A stretch of DNA of 64,000 bases, from NCBI GenBank assembly GCA_964016885.1, contig OZ024751.1:29202001-29266000 (forward strand), read 5' to 3'. Below, one piece after another: positions 58,683 through 64,000 of the stretch. Each line of letters starts with the position of its first letter. The stretch's first letter is position 1. The notes below the pieces were generated by a model. It made no database searches, was not told the DNA's origin, and saw only the letters and a program-made list of their open reading frames with translations. This stretch comes from Eledone cirrhosa. Its lineage: Eukaryota. The translations under genes and the position numbers were made by a program.

Positions 58683-58888
58683 TTGACCCTTTAACATTTA
58701 AACTGGCTGTATCCGGCCAGAATTCTTTCACCTCTTTCTGTTCAAAGCAGCTGTGACTGGTATTATTCTCAAAATAAATAGTATCAAAATCTCATAGACT
58801 TGATATCATGTGAGATAATTTAGAGATTCAGCCATTGCGGTGAAAATATAATGATAAATATTGAGTAATGCAAATGCTAAAGGGTTAA
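58683..58888 (+). mobile_element. piggyBac-type MITE family A
   Basis: CCCTTTAACATTTA...AAATGCTAAAGGG-TTAA; partial copy ~32540-32733. Confidence 0.75.
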
Positions 58889-58979
58889 ACTGTTCCTTTC
58901 GAAATGTTAATATTTATCTAAAAAGCTCCTATCGTGATTTTATTTTAAAATTACTCTTAATTTATACTACAAATACTAG

Positions 58980-59193
58980 TTAACCCTTTAGTATTTACAT
59001 TACTCTATATTTACTATTATATTTTAATGGTAAAGTCTTTACCTTACATAATTATCTCACATAATATCGAATCTATGAGATTTTGAGAACAGTACTTTAA
59101 CATCAGTATCAATAGCCAGTTACGGTTGGTTTGAACAGAAAGAGGTGCGAGAATTCTGGTTGGATACGGCCAGTTTAAATGCTAATGGGTTAA
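58980..59193 (-). mobile_element. piggyBac-type MITE family A
   Basis: TTAA-CCCTTTAGTATTTA...TAAATGCTAATGGG-TTAA. Confidence 0.8.
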
Positions 59194-59509
59194 ACCAGCC
59201 CTGATTCTACAATACAAAGCTGTATGTTTTAAAATCTTTATATTTACCTAAAAACATTCAGATATAATTTTATTTAACAATTTTTGTTAAATTATGATCC
59301 AATCATCAGCAAAGCTTTTCTGTTACCAACCCACATGAATCCACCTCTAGTTCTACCATATAAAACTGTGGGTTTTAAAGTGTTTATATTTATCTAAAAA
59401 CCTTCTTCCATGATTTTATTGAACAACCTTTGTTAAGTTATGCTCCAAACACCAACTTAATAATGTTTTACTAAATCCCTCCAAATTCTTGATCATGGTA
59501 ATGAAATGG

Positions 59510-59722
59510 TTAACCCTTTAGCATTTACATTACTCTATATTTACTATTATATTTTCATGGTAAAGGGTTTTCCTCGTATATCAAATCTACGAGATTTCAA
59601 TGTTATTTATTTTGAGAGCAATACCTTAACTTCTGTATGTGTGGCCAGTTGCAGCTGGTTTGAACAGAAAGAGGAGAGAGGATTCTGGCCGGATATGGCC
59701 AGTTTTAAGTCTAAAGGGTTAA
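59510..59722 (-). mobile_element. piggyBac-type MITE family A
   Basis: TTAA-CCCTTTAGCATTTA...CTAAAGGG-TTAA. Confidence 0.8.
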
Positions 59723-60814
59723 ATACACAAATTGTATGTACTTGAAGGAGTTTGTTCTACTGTTAACCCTAGTGTTGACCACTCATCCACACCTGTCAAA
59801 TATAAAGTTTTCCTTCTTTGTCAGCTGACTAGTGGTTTTTATTACATTTTTTGTGTGTCCATTGTGTACACTGGACAATCATATGGAGCTTCTACCTACT
59901 TCTACCTACTTCTGTCAGTCAATTGACAAAGTCATTAGATCATCAGATAGAATTTGTTTGGGATCTCTGTTCAAAATATACTGAAGTTAACTTTGTCTTT
60001 CAGCCTTTCAAGGTTGATAAAAAAAAGTACCAGTCCAGTACTGGAGTTGATTCTTCCTCTATATCCCTCGCTTTTTCTTTCTCTCCTTCTCTGGAAGAAA
60101 TCGGTTGTGTTCAGACCACAAGGGAACCGGGGGATAGGCTGCACGAGGTTTTAAAAAATGCCCCAAACATACTGTATGTCATAACATACATAGACACGTA
60201 CACACAAATGCACACATAATAGAACTAGGATCCTTATTATTAAAACAACTATAGTTACATGTGATTTGCCCTACTCCCACCCTCAACCCCTATAGGAATA
60301 AAAGTAGAAGATTTTCCAGGAGAATCCTTTGTCCTTCAGAAGAATCTACTAACATCCAGAAGAGAACAAGACTAGAAACAGTTAATGATTAGGTTAAAGT
60401 GTGGAGAAAATTATTGATTATGGTATTTCAAAATTTGTAAATGTGTAGAGACGTTTTATAAATATTCCTCAGTGAATTAAACAAATACCATATTTTACAG
60501 AGATTTATGGCTGTAATCAGCCAATCAAGTCAAAGGTGTAAATTAATATATGCATATCTCTGAAGACTTTTAGTTGAGCAAAGTAAACATGAGAAGCATC
60601 AGTATAGATGGATTTCTATCATGAACAAAAGACATCACCAAATTATTTTATTGTTCTGTTTATTATAGTAATAACATCAGTGTTGGTTACTGCTAGACAT
60701 GTCAAAGAATAGTGAGGCACAGCAATTGCTCGTTTTAACACTTTCATAACTATATTTATCATGAAAGAAACTGCCTATCTCTAGACACCATTTAAAACTA
60801 GTAAAAGGCTATTG

Positions 60815-61595
60815 CTAGATGTGAAATATAAACTCTGATTTAAACTGGTAATAGGCCTGCTCAGGTCAGATATGAAATATAGGCCTTGTTAAAACTGATA
60901 ATAGGCCAGCCCATGTCAGATGTGAAATATAGGCTAGGTTCAACCTGGTAATAGGCCAGCCCATGTCAGATGTGAAATATAGGCTAGGTTCAACCTGGTA
61001 ATAGGCCAGACCATGTCAGATGTGAAATATAGGCTAGGTTCAACCTGGTAATAGGCCAGCCCATGTCAGATGTGAAATATAGGCTAGGTTCAACCTGGTA
61101 ATAGGCCAGCCCATGTCAGATGTGAAATATAGGCTAGGTTCAACCTGGTAATAGGCCAGCCCATGTCAGATGTGAAATATAGGCTAGGTTCAACCTGGTA
61201 ATAGGCCAGCCCATGTCAGATGTGAAATATAGGCTAGGTTCAACCTGGTAATAGGCCAGCCCATGTCAGATGTGAAATATAGGCTAGGTTCAACCTGGTA
61301 ATAGGCCAGCCCATGTCAGATGTGAAATATAGGCTAGGTTCAACCTGGTAATAGGCCAGCCCATGTCAGATGTGAAATATAGGCTAGGTTCAACCTGGTA
61401 ATAGGCCAGACCATGCCAGATCTGAAATATAGGCTAGGTTCAACCTGGTAATAGGCCAGCCCATGTCAGATGTGAAATATAGGCTAGGTTCAACCTGGTA
61501 ATAGGCCAGCTCATGCCAGATCTGAAATATAGTCCTTGTTCAAACCAGTATATACAGCTAATGTCAAATGTGAAATATAAGCCTCTATTTTAAAC
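60815..61595. repeat. 50-bp minisatellite, 13 near-identical core copies
   Basis: ATAGGCCAGCCCATGTCAGATGTGAAATATAGGCTAGGTTCAACCTGGTA with period 50 from 60901 to ~61550; degenerate edges. Confidence 0.95.
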
Positions 61596-61868
61596 TGCTT
61601 GTTAAGTATTTTAGTAAATATCGCTACATACATTTATGCCTGTAGTGTACATAATGTACTTATGTAAACACGTTAACCCTTTTGTTAGCATATTTCTAAT
61701 GAAAGATACTGCCTGTAATTTTCAAATAATTTTGAAAATGATAAAGAATATGGAGAAATTTAGCGATATAACTAACATCATTATTATCAAGCTTGTGTTT
61801 GGAACATAACAAAGGTTCTTACATGAAATTATGATGAAAGAGTTTTATAATAGATAAATATAAACACT

Positions 61869-62140
61869 TTAACCCTTTTGTAACCATATTTCTGATGAAA
61901 AACATTAATCATAATTTGCAAATCATTTTTGAATATGATCAGGAATATGTCGAGATTTAGTAATAAAGTAATTTCCTCATTATTAAGCTGGAGTTTTAAG
62001 CAAAGCTTAAGAAAGGTTCTTACATATAATTATGATCGAGGCTTTTTAGATAAAGACACACACTTTAAAACAAATACTTCAAAACAGTTTCATATCAGAG
62101 AACCTGGAGCAATTTCAGGTGGTTTTGTATCAAAAGGTTT
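61869..62140 (-). mobile_element. TTAA MITE family B (copies ~16339-16585, ~48290-48920 tandem, ~59310-59513, ~61674-61868, ~63260-63695)
   Basis: TTAACCCTTTTGTAACCATATTTC...GTATCAAAAGGTTT termini; shared TTAAGTTATGTTCCAAACA and TTCATTAGAAATATGGTA motifs. Confidence 0.6.
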
Positions 62141-62709
62141 ACAATCTGTTCCAGCAAATTTTCATTGTGAAGTTCTATGTCAATAATAAGGTTTTATTTC
62201 TAGAAATTGTCAGCCCCATACTCTGTTTTTTTTAGTTTTTTTTCCTTTTTGTTCATCCAATATTTCCCAATGTCCTAAACTCTGGGAATTTCTTTCGTAA
62301 CAGTGAAGAAGATTGACTTAATAATAATATGACCACAAAGAATAAAATCCTTTGTGAGAGACCAAAAGAAAAGAAATGAAATGTTGGGGTGAGGCTGTAG
62401 GGCTGTTGACTAAACGAGAAACAAATACCTCAATATGTATTGTGATACATTTACATGAAGACTAACTACCACTAAAACTGGGGGTGTAAATATACTCTGA
62501 CATTCTGAGTAAACAGTTTCCTTACATTCGGTTTTGATTCAATAATAAAGCCATCTTCACACACTCCACTGTTTGTCTCTTTACACACAACATGCAAGTC
62601 TATTGGAATGAATTCACTAATACATCAGCTATATCTTTATTCTGATCTACACAAACACACATACACAGGCATGCATATATACACATATAATGCACACACA
62701 CACACATGC

Positions 62710-62757
<48 letters not shown>

Positions 62758-63329
62758 CTGTCTGTGTGTGTGTGTGTGTGTATTTATATATATATGTGTG
62801 TATATATATATATATGTGTATGTATATGTATCTGTATATATATATATATACATTTATATATAAAACTAAGACTGTCAGTTGCCTTAACTTGAACATAAAT
62901 ACATCTAGAACATTTCAAAACTATCCAAGAACTCAGGCAAACATAAGCCATAAACTTAGATTCAACTCCACTCACCAGACTTATTCCAATACAAATAAAA
63001 CTCACACATGTCTTTCAAAATCATACCTCAGGCAGGTTAGTATCAAAATGAATTAAATTTACAGTCCTTTGTAGTGAAAAGAATCCTTGCCTATAGTCTA
63101 CAGACAATTGTTGCTCTGCAAATGTTGTATTGGAGGACTATGAGCTTTTGTGGAGAAAACTCCACAGTGTGGGCAGGGTGTGTTTTGTCATGGCACCACC
63201 TTACGGGGGTGGAGAAGATGCTTTCTGTTGTGGCACCTGCATGACTCCCTTACAGTTCACGACTGTTTACTATAAAGTGTTTATATTTATCTAAAAAGCT
63301 TCCATCAGAATTGTATGTAAGAACCTTTA

Positions 63330-63558
63330 TTAACCTTTTAACATTTACATTAGTCTATATTTACTATTGTATTGTCACAGTAAAGGGTTTATCTTATATA
63401 ATTATCTCACATAATTTCAAATCTATGAGATTTTGATGTTATTTATTTTGAGAACAATACCTTAACATCAGTATGAGCAGCCAGTTATGACCAGTTTGAA
63501 CAGAAGGAGGTGATAGAGTTCTGGCCGGATACAGCTGGATAAAATGCTAAAGGGTTAA
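63330..63558 (-). mobile_element. piggyBac-type MITE family A inserted in family B
   Basis: TTAA duplicated; flanks rejoin to the family B motif AACCTTTRTTAAGTTAT. Confidence 0.8.
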
Positions 63559-64000
63559 GTTATCCTCCAAACAACTTGGCAATGAGAAAATTAGTTATAT
63601 TACTAAACAAACCCACATTTTGGAATATTTTCAAAATGATTTTAAAAAATCATAGAAAGTGTGATTCATTAGAAATATGGTATCAAAAAGGTAAATGAAC
63701 AAGGTAGTTATTAGTGAAAAGGTTGCTGGAAACTACCTCACTTGAACCACCAGCTTAACCCAAAAGCTGTGTACACTGACAACAGCTAGAAAATATATGG
63801 AATATTCCAGGTTTTCACCATATATAAATTATTTATTTAGGTTTGTGATTTGACTTTAATCCAGTTCTTTAAAAAACAATTTGTTTCACACAAATATTCA
63901 GTTTTATAAATTATAAATAAACAAATAAATATACAAATAAATGAATGAATGAATAAATAAAAATCCCTTCCCTGTTTAGACTCCTAGTAAATAGATGTTA

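Noticed and set aside
60901-61550. CRISPR-like periodicity (also 27610-28015, 50728-51365)
   Set aside because: Units are contiguous with no unique spacers, no cas genes, eukaryotic context

Overview
Eukaryotic, very AT-rich, microsatellite-saturated intronic/intergenic DNA with one 200-N gap (34531-34730). The mix of (TA)n/(CA)n/(CAT)n tracts and Deu/Nin-type, CORE-type and RTE-tailed SINEs suggests a cephalopod (octopus-like) genome; this is inference. Almost every ORF in the track is a microsatellite artefact. The only recognisable protein sequence is decayed RTE-clade LINE C-termini, plus one plausible 69-nt exon. Also present: a complete non-autonomous Helitron, two TTAA (piggyBac-type) MITE families, mariner-type MITEs and many minisatellites. 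The most notable signal is a set of minimal type I hammerhead ribozyme motifs of different sequence: 11701, 38460 and 43038 with intact catalytic boxes, decayed copies at 38815 and 31774, and a half motif at 39350. They sit in short islands embedded in (TA)n, often next to inverted duplications, consistent with several Penelope-like/retrozyme families colonising TA microsatellites. All alignments and folds were done by eye; repeat boundaries are approximate.
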